In this document: positions 46,154-55,568 of the stretch, piece by piece
How positions within the stretch are numbered: position 1 is the stretch's first letter
How the letters are laid out: each line of letters begins with the position of its first letter
Assembly: GCA_016930795.1 (NCBI GenBank)
Contig: JAFGFY010000004.1
Coordinates: forward strand, 16,421 to 80,420
DNA: 64,000 bases
DNA from: Deltaproteobacteria bacterium
Lineage (GTDB): Bacteria; Desulfobacterota; DSM-4660; Desulfatiglandales; HGW-15
Direction of reading: 5' to 3'
Notes under the pieces: generated by a model
What the model saw: only the letters and a program-made list of their open reading frames with translations
Told to the model about the DNA's origin: nothing
Database searches by the model: none
Position numbers and translations under genes: made by a program

Positions 46154-47455
46154 ATGCTTACCTCCAACCAGATTATCATTACATCCAAATGGCGACTTAA
46201 CTTGGCCTTGCTGTTATTTTTGGTTTTTGTTCTGAAATCGGGGATTGTTTTGTGGGCGGTTCCGAAGCTCAGTGAATTGCGACCTGATTCATATGAGGAA
46301 GACAGGTTTGTTGATGAGTATCATTTTATTGCAACAAACATATTAGAGGGGAATGGATACCGTGAATATCCAGACGGCGCTCAGACTCTTTTTCGATTAC
46401 CTGGATATGTAATGATCCTTGTAGTCATCTTTTACTTTTTCGGGAAGAGCCTCTTTGTCATCAAACTACTTAATATTCTCCTTTCCCTTTGCACGGGGTA
46501 TATCATCATTAGACTATATCAAAAAGTCACCGAGCATTCAAGGGGTGCCTTTTTTGCTGCTTTAGTCTTTTTGTTTCATCCCGGAACGATTTTGTGTGAG
46601 ACTCGAGCTGCAACAGAAATTGTTTTCACCTTTTTCATTGCTCTGTTTGTTTTGACTCTCTATCAGGCCGTAAGGACCGAAAGGCCATTTCAGTGCTTTA
46701 TATCAGGTTGCGTTTTGGGACTTTCCGCCCTTGTACGAACCACTCCCATATTATTCCCTTTCTTTTTATACGCTATTCTTCTTTTTTCGAGGAAAAGCCA
46801 TAGGACGATCAAATCTATTACTGTAAATGTCGGAATGATGTTATTTGCCATGTTGCTTGTCTTATCTCCTTGGGCCGTTCGCAATTATTTAGTCAGTGGC
46901 GACCTGATATTTACGACCTCCCAAGCGGGATCAGTGGCGCAAGAGACATTATATAAAATCAAAAACCTCCAGACAGGCAAGCCATACTATGAACTCTGTT
47001 TGGAAGCTTCAGGGCAGAGGGCGTTATGGGCTCAAGAACAAGGGTTTAATTTTAGAGGCACTTTTCAATTATCCTTCTATTCCAGTAAGGATGAGATTGC
47101 CTTTAATAAATATCTTTCCAAAAGGGTCAGGGAGGAATATTTTGAAAAACCTACACTATTCATTCAATCCATTTTCTACAATTTCTGGTGGTTTTGGTTC
47201 CAGGGCAGGACGGCCACTTCGACGATTATGAACACCATCTTAACAATCCCCTTATTGTTACTGGCCGGGGCTGGAATTCTTATGTCCTTCAAATATTCAC
47301 TGAACATATTCCCCATGACTCTCTTTATTATTTATTATGTGCTTGTGCATGTTCCTTTGATGGGGTACGGACGGTTCCATTTCCCATTGATTCCTCTACT
47401 GGCTGTTTTAGTCTGTGTTCCTCTCTTTCACAGGTTAAAGGGAGCGCATGAATAG
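46154..47455 (+). CDS. GT-C (ArnT/GT39-like) membrane glycosyltransferase
   Basis: Multi-TM, DEY, RLPGY, ATEIVF, LSALVR, PWAVRNY, GRFHFP. Confidence 0.75.
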   Translation: MLTSNQIIITSKWRLNLALLLFLVFVLKSGIVLWAVPKLSELRPDSYEEDRFVDEYHFIATNILEGNGYREYPDGAQTLFRLPGYVMILVVIFYFFGKSLFVIKLLNILLSLCTGYIIIRLYQKVTEHSRGAFFAALVFLFHPGTILCETRAATEIVFTFFIALFVLTLYQAVRTERPFQCFISGCVLGLSALVRTTPILFPFFLYAILLFSRKSHRTIKSITVNVGMMLFAMLLVLSPWAVRNYLVSGDLIFTTSQAGSVAQETLYKIKNLQTGKPYYELCLEASGQRALWAQEQGFNFRGTFQLSFYSSKDEIAFNKYLSKRVREEYFEKPTLFIQSIFYNFWWFWFQGRTATSTIMNTILTIPLLLLAGAGILMSFKYSLNIFPMTLFIIYYVLVHVPLMGYGRFHFPLIPLLAVLVCVPLFHRLKGAHE

Positions 47456-47486
47456 GTGTCCTTCAACGTTGTAGAAATATTCCATA

Positions 47487-47529
47487 CTTCGTCCTCCGTC
47501 CCTATGAAACAGGACTACGAAAGGAGGAC
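47487..47529. repeat. Intergenic palindromic element (possible GTAG-foot REP)
   Basis: GTCCTCC...GGAGGAC arms; minus strand reads GTAG-TCC...GGA...CGAAG. Confidence 0.3.
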
Positions 47530-47563
47530 ACGCTAAGGCGGATGTACTTACTTTGCACTTTCA

Positions 47564-48274
47564 ATGAATAAGAGGTGTTTGGTGCCCATCACTCAGAAAT
47601 TTGCAGAGAAGTTATCAGACTACGATAATCGAAACTCCTTAGGGAGGAAGCTCAGAACCAAAAGGATAGCACCTTTACTGGAAATGATAGATGAGATTTC
47701 AGCCGAACACCGCTCAGTCAATGTCATCGATATCGGTGGTACAGAAAACTATTGGAATATCGTTTCACACCAATACCTTGAAAAGCACAATGTAAACATC
47801 ACAATTGTCAATCTTCCGGGGAGTGGGATGACTACTGACCACGGTCTTTTTAGATTTATTGAAGCCGATGGTTGTAATCTGGCTCAAATTCCGGACAAGT
47901 CCTTTGACATTGCCCATTCTAATTCTGTGTTGGAACATGTTGGCGATTGGGAACATATGGTCCGATTTTCAGAAGAGCTATCAAGAGTGTCCCATAAGTA
48001 CTTTGTTCAAACTCCGAGCTTCTGGTTTCCAATGGAGCCTCATTTTATGACGCCTTTTTTTCACTGGTTTCCGAAATCAGTAAGGATTTGGCTTGTCATA
48101 AGATATGATTTTGGTCACTTTAGAAGGGCGGCTTCAATTGATCATGCGACAAGAATCGTGGAGAGTGTCCGGTTGCTCAACAAGAAGAGGTTTCAAGAGT
48201 TGTTCAAAGAGGCAGATATTATGACAGAAAGGATGTTTTTGATGCCAAAGTCATTTATTGCGATAAAAAGATAA
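47564..48274 (+). CDS. Class I SAM-dependent methyltransferase
   Basis: VIDIGG, EADGC, FDIAHSNSVLEHV, FVQTP. Confidence 0.82.
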   Translation: MNKRCLVPITQKFAEKLSDYDNRNSLGRKLRTKRIAPLLEMIDEISAEHRSVNVIDIGGTENYWNIVSHQYLEKHNVNITIVNLPGSGMTTDHGLFRFIEADGCNLAQIPDKSFDIAHSNSVLEHVGDWEHMVRFSEELSRVSHKYFVQTPSFWFPMEPHFMTPFFHWFPKSVRIWLVIRYDFGHFRRAASIDHATRIVESVRLLNKKRFQELFKEADIMTERMFLMPKSFIAIKR

Positions 48275-48382
48275 GATAGGTTTCGGCTGATGTTCACATT
48301 TTCTTCCAAACATTATTATTTTGGAGCTGTCCTATTCGCTTTGTGAGCCGTAATCTGGATCGGGGTCCTGATCGCTCTGCTG

Positions 48383-49399
48383 TTGTACTGTCCTAAATAC
48401 TTACCGGACGGTGATTTGCTCCTCTTTTCTGATTTTGAAGGCATTTTCGAGCAAAATAATAGAGTATGCACGAAGGATTTCGGATGCTGGATCTCTACGG
48501 AGAAAGGCGTAATCTTAGCTGAAAAGGCGGGTTTCAGAGAAAGTACGGGAGTAAGGCTGATGCCGAATGGAGAAAAGGCATCGAGCTTGCGATGGGACCT
48601 TCCAAATTCTCGACGCTTCGATTTTCTTCAGCTAAAAGGTCGAGTACGCGTGGAAGACATCAAAAAAGGGCTGAATCCCTGGAATATTGCACGCTGCCTT
48701 TTATATTTTCAGGACCTGAGAGGGACCCGTAGATGGGATTATCCCCACTCTGCCGAAGGGCTTTCAGGATCTTCATTATGGGTAGAGTTTTCGAAGGTTT
48801 TCCCGGTCCCTGATTTTGCGGAGAGTGCCCACGTCCTGATTCAGAATAGCGCAAAGTCCGGAACCATGTGGATCGATGATATTTCACTCCAACCCTTGCG
48901 AATGAATCATCAATTCTTTCGCAACAGGAATATTCTATTAGGTGTAGGGGCCATACTCATTCTAGTCTTCCTTTTTATCATGAAAATCTGGGAAGGTTTT
49001 GGGTGGATGATTCCGGCTATCATTTTGGTGGGTGCCCTTGGGGTATTATGCCGTCAAGCCTATTTTGAAGAAATCGCAAGTGTTTTGTCCATCAAGGTTG
49101 AAGTACTCAAAAAGATCGGGCATTTCATTATTTTTCTTGCGATGGGGACTTCATCATCTTTATGGCTGCGACGCCGTTCAAACGCACGAGGCCGCATTGG
49201 CAAGTCCATTTACCATGCCATGTGCCTATTTGCATCACTTGCCCTGTTTGCGGCAGTCACAGAATTCTTGCAGTTGCTTACGCTTGACCGAACCCCACGG
49301 CTTACCGACTATCTTATTGATCTGTCCGGAAGTCTTCTGGGTGTATTGCTTGGTTTCACTATGACAAGGACATGTAGAACCAGATTTTCAAAACCATAA
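48383..49399 (+). CDS. VanZ-like membrane protein with N-terminal beta-sandwich (carbohydrate-binding-like) domain; 5' end may be disrupted
   Basis: C-terminal KIGHF...TEFLQ...DRTP...D VanZ pattern; MWIDDISL ends a CBM-like domain; in-frame TGA at 48344 separates it from ATG 48290. Confidence 0.6.
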   Translation: MYCPKYLPDGDLLLFSDFEGIFEQNNRVCTKDFGCWISTEKGVILAEKAGFRESTGVRLMPNGEKASSLRWDLPNSRRFDFLQLKGRVRVEDIKKGLNPWNIARCLLYFQDLRGTRRWDYPHSAEGLSGSSLWVEFSKVFPVPDFAESAHVLIQNSAKSGTMWIDDISLQPLRMNHQFFRNRNILLGVGAILILVFLFIMKIWEGFGWMIPAIILVGALGVLCRQAYFEEIASVLSIKVEVLKKIGHFIIFLAMGTSSSLWLRRRSNARGRIGKSIYHAMCLFASLALFAAVTEFLQLLTLDRTPRLTDYLIDLSGSLLGVLLGFTMTRTCRTRFSKP

Positions 49400-49499
49400 G
49401 CCGACAACAATGCAGCGAAGGGACACCTCGCACCCAGGAAATCTATCATAAAAACAACGATAAACGAAGAGGTGAATCCGGTGTATCTTCTGCTGTTAC

Positions 49500-50531
49500 T
49501 CAAACCCTCCTCTCCCCACTGAGGAATGCCTCCGCCGTTTCCACGTCTTCTTTGCTTCCAATATATAACGGGACCCTTTGGTGTAAATCCGTAGGCTGAA
49601 TCTCGAGAATAGGACCTTTCCCATCGCTGGCATATCCACCCGCCTCCCTCACGACCATGGCAAGAGGATTGGCCTCAACCATCAGTCTTAGCTTTCCTGT
49701 GGGCTTTTTCGGGTCTTTAAGATCCGCAGGATACATGAAAATGCCCCCTTTAAGGAGGTTTCGGTGAAAGTCGGCGACCAAGCTCCCCACGTAACGGGAG
49801 GTGTAGGGACGGCCAGTTGTCTTATCTTTTTGCTTGAAATAGTCCACCAAGGCCTTTGTGTCTTCATCCCAATACTGATAGTTCCCCTCATTTAGACTGT
49901 ATATCTTTCCCTTTTCAGGGATGCGGATATTTTCATGGGAAAGGAGGAACTCTCCAACACTGGGATAGAGGGTGAAGCCATTGACTCCGTTTCCTGTCGT
50001 ATACACCATAATGGTGCTTGAGCCATAAATGAAATAGCCTGCGGCCACTTGCTTGATTCCAGGCTGAAGCGCATCGGTGAGAAGAAAATCCACGTCTGTT
50101 TCGTCACTTACCTTCCTGTAAATGCCGAATATGGTGCCGATGCTTACGTTAACATCAATATTGGACGAGCCGTCCAGAGGGTCAAAGAGGAGGATGTAGT
50201 TCCCCTTTGGATATTGAGACGGTATATCAATGAGCTCCGCGACTTCCTCTGAGCCCATGCAACAAAGCTGGCCGATATGCTGCATTCTCTCGATGATCAC
50301 CCGGTTAGAGAACACATCCAGCTTCTGGACCCGTTCCTGCTGAACGTTTATCTCACCTGTAGAGCCAAGAATGTCCCCCAGGCCTGCTTTGTTGACTTCC
50401 CAAGAGATGACTTTGGCCGCTACGATGAGTTCGTTGAGTAGGTAGGTAAAGGCGCCGGTGGCTTCGGGATTTTGCCGCTCCTCCATCAACAAGTGCTGAG
50501 TAATAGTAATGCCTACACCTTTTTTGTCCAT
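49500..50531 (-). CDS. fbp: Fructose-1,6-bisphosphatase class I
   Basis: QKLDV, GSEE, FDPLDGSSNID, RYVGSLVADFHR, GKLRL. Confidence 0.95.
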   Translation of the reverse strand: MDKKGVGITITQHLLMEERQNPEATGAFTYLLNELIVAAKVISWEVNKAGLGDILGSTGEINVQQERVQKLDVFSNRVIIERMQHIGQLCCMGSEEVAELIDIPSQYPKGNYILLFDPLDGSSNIDVNVSIGTIFGIYRKVSDETDVDFLLTDALQPGIKQVAAGYFIYGSSTIMVYTTGNGVNGFTLYPSVGEFLLSHENIRIPEKGKIYSLNEGNYQYWDEDTKALVDYFKQKDKTTGRPYTSRYVGSLVADFHRNLLKGGIFMYPADLKDPKKPTGKLRLMVEANPLAMVVREAGGYASDGKGPILEIQPTDLHQRVPLYIGSKEDVETAEAFLSGERRV

Positions 50532-50673
50532 GGTTGCCTCCTTTTAACGATACAAACTCAAGAAAAGTGGATTTTATGGTATCGTATGAGCATGAAAGCA
50601 GATGACTCCAGCTTTTGATTCATGAGTCTATAGGTCCCTTGCCGAGTCTTCTAATGTGAGAAAAAGAGAACTG

Positions 50674-51744
50674 TCATCTGGCCTCTGCTATATTCTCTTT
50701 ATACTCGAGCCGATAGATCTCGGCGAGAGTGACGAAGATGGTTATAATCAGCGGGCCGTAAATAATGCCGAGAATACCAAAGAGTTTCATCCCTCCCAGG
50801 ATGCCGATGAGAACAAGTAGAGAATTCATTTTCATGCCCTTGCCGATCATTTTGGGCTTAAATAAGTATTCCATGATGATGCTATAGGCCGCGTTATATG
50901 ACAGGAAGCCTAGCGCAATCCCAATATTGCCCTGTAGAAGCAATATGACGGTAACCGGAAGGTAGACGACGGTTGCACCGATAATGGGTAGAAACGCCAT
51001 AAATCCTATGACTGTTCCCCAAAGAACGGGAGAACCCAGTCCGAAGAAGGAGAAGCCAAAACCTCCCAGTACCCCCTGGATAACACCATTAAGGCCATTG
51101 CCGACAAGAATAGCGCTTGCCATTTCGTGGAATTTGTCTACGATGAGATCTTGCTGTTTCACCGGAAATGGAAGGAGCTCGCCAATATAGTCCTTGATGC
51201 GCTTGCCATCTCGGAATATGTAGTAGACAGAAAGAATCATCAGAAAAAAATGAATCAAAAAACTGAAGAGATTGGATGCCACATAGCCGAGCTGTTTAGA
51301 TAAATAGAGACCTAAGGTCTTTGTCATTGAGGCAGACAATTCTTCAAGAGTCTCAATACTGAACTCGATTCCTGCCAGCTCTCCGGTTTTTCTGACAGAA
51401 CGAGCCCATATGGAATCTCCCTCCAGGGCCTGATGGATTTTTATCAGGGAGAGAGAACTTCTACTCGTATCGTAAAAATCGAGGGCTTCATTGGACAGGG
51501 AGCCCACAAAACCTCCTACCGGGATGACCAATATCAAGAATACCAATAGGGTCATAAGCAGAGCTGCTGAACGCTCATCTCCTTTTAGACGCTTTTTCAG
51601 ACGGGAATAAAATGGATAAAAGACACTTGCTATGAGGAGCGCCAGGACCATGGCGGAAATAAAGACCCAGAAGAGCCGTAAAAGCATAATTAGAGCGGCT
51701 AAGAGGACCATAAGGAAGAGTTTTGAAACAAAGCTTTTATCCAT
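50674..51744 (-). CDS. AI-2E family transporter
   Basis: Multi-TM, QGVLGG, AFLPIIG, GILGGMKLFGILGIIYGP; TTGACT-N17-TATATT promoter at 51799..51771. Confidence 0.85.
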   Translation of the reverse strand: MDKSFVSKLFLMVLLAALIMLLRLFWVFISAMVLALLIASVFYPFYSRLKKRLKGDERSAALLMTLLVFLILVIPVGGFVGSLSNEALDFYDTSRSSLSLIKIHQALEGDSIWARSVRKTGELAGIEFSIETLEELSASMTKTLGLYLSKQLGYVASNLFSFLIHFFLMILSVYYIFRDGKRIKDYIGELLPFPVKQQDLIVDKFHEMASAILVGNGLNGVIQGVLGGFGFSFFGLGSPVLWGTVIGFMAFLPIIGATVVYLPVTVILLLQGNIGIALGFLSYNAAYSIIMEYLFKPKMIGKGMKMNSLLVLIGILGGMKLFGILGIIYGPLIITIFVTLAEIYRLEYKENIAEAR

Positions 51745-52024
51745 CTTTCCAACTATCTCCAAGGAAATCCAATATAGATGAGAGTAAGCGGGGAGTCAAA
51801 AAGAATCTGAGTAAATATATCCTTGTTTAGGAGGTATCACCGAAAAGGGCTTTTAAAAAGGTTTGTCGTGAAGAAGGGGAATATACTATCGGAGTCATTC
51901 TGGAACAGATCTGGTTTCCGGCGTAAAAATCGAAAAAAGCATTTGGTAGAAATAAGTGTTTGATTGGTCAGGAGTGAATGAATCTCATGTCAGAAAGAGT
52001 GTAGAGAGTAGTATCCAAGAGACG

Positions 52025-52933
52025 TCATCTTCGGAGAGTAAGCCTGATTTCTGACTCGTCGTTTAAGGATTGAACAACCACATAGTTCCTGCCAATCTCT
52101 GTAATCCTTGCTTTCCCGACCGTCTCTCCTGATCTAACCATATGTCCGTTTATCACAGCGAAGGAATCCTGTGACTCGCTTGCCAACACGATACCTTCAA
52201 GCATATACATGGGCTCATGCATTCCGTCCGGAGGTGTTTCTCCTTTCAAATCTGAGAATGCCCAGTCTTGGTCGGGTGAGGTCTGAGGAAAAGACTCATT
52301 CGCAACGGATTCTATTGTTGAAATTGATTCTACCTCGTTCAATCCAGATTTCGATATGGGTCTGAAGGTAGAGTTTGTTTCACTGAGCATGGGAGATGAC
52401 GCAAGACCCCTGAGTAAGCCGGTATTTTGGTTCAATAACACCCATAATCCTATAATCAGAATCAGGATGGTCGACAAGACAGGAATAGCCCTCCAACGCC
52501 GTGGTGAACGATCAGTTTTTCCTATGGCCGTTTCTTTCCTTTCTATTGTGAAAGGCCTGAAAACAGCACTTCTTTTCTCGGGCTTTCCCCTTATTGTCGT
52601 TTTATTCAGGTCAAGTTTCTCTTCTTCGGCATAGATCTTAGCCATTTCAGTGCCCACAAATAGGAGGGTGTGTTCGCCCATCACGATTCTGTCTCCGTGT
52701 GTCAGTCTATGGGAGACAACACTTGCGTTGTTTAGGAATGTCCCGTTGGTGCTTTGTAGGTCTGTCAAGATGTAGTCAACACCTTTTTTGTCCACTCTAG
52801 CATGATAGCCGGATACCGCTAAATCATCCAGAACGATGGTATTGTCGCCAGACCTTCCGACGGTCACGCTTTTTTTGCCAAAAGAGTAGTCTTTCAAGAC
52901 CCGCGAATTATGCTCTACAATCAGCCTCGCCAT
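52025..52933 (-). CDS. FHA domain + TM + GspB/ExeB-like C-terminal domain protein
   Basis: VGRS, VSGYHA, DLQSTNGTF; TM ILILIIGLWVLL; LEGIV...FAVING...GETV...ITEI. Confidence 0.75.
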   Translation of the reverse strand: MARLIVEHNSRVLKDYSFGKKSVTVGRSGDNTIVLDDLAVSGYHARVDKKGVDYILTDLQSTNGTFLNNASVVSHRLTHGDRIVMGEHTLLFVGTEMAKIYAEEEKLDLNKTTIRGKPEKRSAVFRPFTIERKETAIGKTDRSPRRWRAIPVLSTILILIIGLWVLLNQNTGLLRGLASSPMLSETNSTFRPISKSGLNEVESISTIESVANESFPQTSPDQDWAFSDLKGETPPDGMHEPMYMLEGIVLASESQDSFAVINGHMVRSGETVGKARITEIGRNYVVVQSLNDESEIRLTLRR

Positions 52934-53064
52934 GGGGCGACCTCATTTCTCTGGGACAAGACCTAACGGCTATCCGCAGATGGCTACACTGCCGGACACT
53001 TGCCTGCATGAAGCATCTTATTACCGTGGTGTGGGGGACTAAGATTTCTGGCTTTATTATTAGG

Positions 53065-53080
53065 AGCAATATTTGGGCCA
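53065..53080 (-). promoter_or_regulatory. Candidate sigma54 promoter of the FHA-GspB gene
   Basis: Minus strand TGGCCC-AAATA-TTGCT. Confidence 0.45.
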
Positions 53081-53840
53081 GGCCTGCAAGTCTGTAATAT
53101 CATAATGGATGGTATGGATGAGCTAGGAAGTCCAGTCATTAAAAGGGCAGCAGGAAAATCCTTTCGAGATGGGCCTAGGATCTGCTGCAGAAAGGATATT
53201 AGGTCAAAAACAACACCTTGAAGGAAGAGATTAATCTATTTATTTCAATTAGTTATATTATATCAAAGCTTAAAGCTTCATTATCGCTCAGAAAGGAATA
53301 CACAATGCATCATTTTCTATCCATATGTCGTTACTTCAGTGAAGATGTTCCCACTTTAATCGGAAATCGGATTGTTGTCCCTAGAAAGAAGATTGGATTG
53401 ATTCTCTTAATGGATGGGCAAGGCGTACAATTCATACAGTGATAGGTACACAAAATTACACATCTCGAAGGATATAGGCGATAATGATTAGGGAGGCATT
53501 TCATAGGCCGATCTGCCGGTCTATTCGGATTGGCAAAGCGATCATCCAAACTGTACAAGACGAGATGGCGTTCTCCAGCTTTCTCATGTCGCTTCTTTGA
53601 TTGTGGGCCAGCCCAAACGAAACCCAGGCACAATAATTATGGATATTGAGCCCAACAGAATGACATTGATCAGTGGCTATTTTTGAGAGATGGCCTTGAA
53701 ATGGGTAAAATTAAGTTGAACTAAATCATATATATGATAATATATACAGAGTTCTAATAATAAGAGAGATCTACATTTGGCAAACCCGTTTTTCAATAGC
53801 CCGTTGCTGGCAGCGGGGAGGTTTTTGGTGTGAGTTATTT

Positions 53841-54695
53841 GTGGTAAGAACCGAACTTATCAATAGCATAATCCATAGTGAAGAAAACGGAGGAACAGTG
53901 GGGAGACGATCTATTCCAGCTAACGCGTGTTTCATGGTTATGACCCTGGTCTTTTTCTTTTCCGGCTGTGCAAGGGAACCGTATTATATCAGAGGGCCTG
54001 ATGGTGTGGAAAGAAGGATTGTTGCTCTACCAGGAGGAGAGCAAAAGACGACATTTTACACAATAAACGGAGAACGCTATTACCCGTTGCCAAAAGCGGA
54101 TGGTTTTGTGCAGTATGGCAAGGCCTCGTGGTATGGTGGGGAATTTCACGGTCGCTTCACGGCTAGTGGTGAAAAATATGATATGAACAAAAAGACGGCA
54201 GCACACAAGACGCTTCCCATGGGCACCTATGTCAAGGTGCTGAATCTGTCCAATAAAAAACAGAGCGTGGTGCGCATAAATGATCGGGGACCTTTTGTCA
54301 AGGGCAGGATTATTGACCTGTCGCGAGCCGTGGCTGAAGAAATCGACTTGATCGGTCCCGGAGTGGTTGATGTCAAAATAGTCGCTTTGGGAAAGGAAGT
54401 AGGTGAGTTGGGATCGGGCAAAGGATCAATACCCCTTGTGGAATTGGCAGACTTGAAGACGGGGGCATTTACCATTCAAATTGGGGCTTTCTCAGACAAG
54501 AACAATGCCCTTGAGGTAGCAAATCGTTTGGGAAGAATCTTTGATTACATTCACGTTGCCGTTCAGAGAGTCAACGGCGACAATGCCCTGTATAAGGTGC
54601 ACGTTTCAAAGTCTGAAACGCTAAGCAAGGCCGGACGAGTTGAGAAGAGATTGCAGGAGATGGGTTTTACCGAGGCCTTTGTCGTCAGGATTTGA
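53841..54695 (+). CDS. rlpA: RlpA lytic transglycosylase lipoprotein with SPOR domain
   Basis: Lipobox FSGC, GKASWYG, TAAHKTLP, VRINDRGPF, IIDLS, IQIGAFS; exact start uncertain. Confidence 0.92.
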   Translation: MVRTELINSIIHSEENGGTVGRRSIPANACFMVMTLVFFFSGCAREPYYIRGPDGVERRIVALPGGEQKTTFYTINGERYYPLPKADGFVQYGKASWYGGEFHGRFTASGEKYDMNKKTAAHKTLPMGTYVKVLNLSNKKQSVVRINDRGPFVKGRIIDLSRAVAEEIDLIGPGVVDVKIVALGKEVGELGSGKGSIPLVELADLKTGAFTIQIGAFSDKNNALEVANRLGRIFDYIHVAVQRVNGDNALYKVHVSKSETLSKAGRVEKRLQEMGFTEAFVVRI

Positions 54696-54978
54696 GATTC
54701 CCGTTGATTTTGTCTCTGAGAACCCCGGAGGTCTTGAAAACAACCACTCTTCTCGCCCTCAGCTGAAGGTCTTCAGTGGTTTGAGGGTTCCTTCCCCTTC
54801 GCTCGGATTTATCCTTGACGAGGAATTTGCCGAAGCCGCTGATGAGAAGGTCTTCCTTCCTTTCAAGGGACTGCTTCATGATTTCAAAAAGCCTTTCCAC
54901 AACGGTTCGAGACAGAGTTTTGCTTAATCCAGCATGGTTATAGACATCATTGGTAAGGTCTTCTTTTGTCAGAGCCAT
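54685..54978 (-). CDS. ihfA: Integration host factor alpha-like subunit
   Basis: MALTK, ISGFGKF, RRGRNPQT, VFKTS. Confidence 0.85.
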   Translation of the reverse strand: MALTKEDLTNDVYNHAGLSKTLSRTVVERLFEIMKQSLERKEDLLISGFGKFLVKDKSERRGRNPQTTEDLQLRARRVVVFKTSGVLRDKINGNLKS

Positions 54979-55082
54979 CTTCGATCCTCCCTCCCTAAGC
55001 TCTCTCAGAGATCATATGCCTATGTTTCAATGGACGCTGAACTGCCAATATTAACGATGACGGCGATAGTGTCAAGTCTTTT

Positions 55083-55568
55083 TTAGTAGCCAAATTTCTG
55101 TTTTAACTTCTGATTTACAACTTTTGGGACCAATCCACTCACATCTCCGTTGAAGCTGGCAGCTTCCTTGATGATAGTGGAACTGGTATAAAACCATTTA
55201 TAGTCGGTCATCAGGAATATGGACTGAACCTCTCGGTTGAGTTTTCGATTCATAAGGGCGGTCTGAAACTCATATTCGAAGTCAGACAATGCTCTTAAGC
55301 CCCTGATGATCACATTGGTCCCTTTTTTTATCACATAATCAACCAACAGACCGTCGAAAGTGTCTACTTCAATATTGGCTCCGTTTTGAACGGCGTGTTT
55401 GATCATGTATATCCTCTCTTCAAGGGTGAAAAGGGGCACTTTCACCGGGTTGTTCAGGATGGCGATCACCAGTTTGTCAAATATCTTCAAGGCCCTATCG
55501 ACTACACTTAGATGTCCGTTAGTGATGGGGTCAAACGTTCCAGGATAGATGGCCACTCTCTTTTTCAT
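55083..55568 (-). CDS. coaD: Pantetheine-phosphate adenylyltransferase
   Basis: YPGTFDPITNGH, IRGLRALSDFEYE, SSTIIKE. Confidence 0.96.
   Translation of the reverse strand: MKKRVAIYPGTFDPITNGHLSVVDRALKIFDKLVIAILNNPVKVPLFTLEERIYMIKHAVQNGANIEVDTFDGLLVDYVIKKGTNVIIRGLRALSDFEYEFQTALMNRKLNREVQSIFLMTDYKWFYTSSTIIKEAASFNGDVSGLVPKVVNQKLKQKFGY

Noticed and set aside
48344-48346. Selenocysteine codon in the VanZ-like gene
   Set aside because: It lies in a hydrophobic helix with no redox motif and no evident SECIS; a nonsense change or error is more likely.
20202-49399. PEP-CTERM/exosortase system
   Set aside because: No exosortase, PrsK/PrsR or C-terminal PEP-TM-basic motif was seen in any ORF.
53331-53633. 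100-aa minus-strand ORF
   Set aside because: No RBS or motif and an atypical composition; likely spurious.
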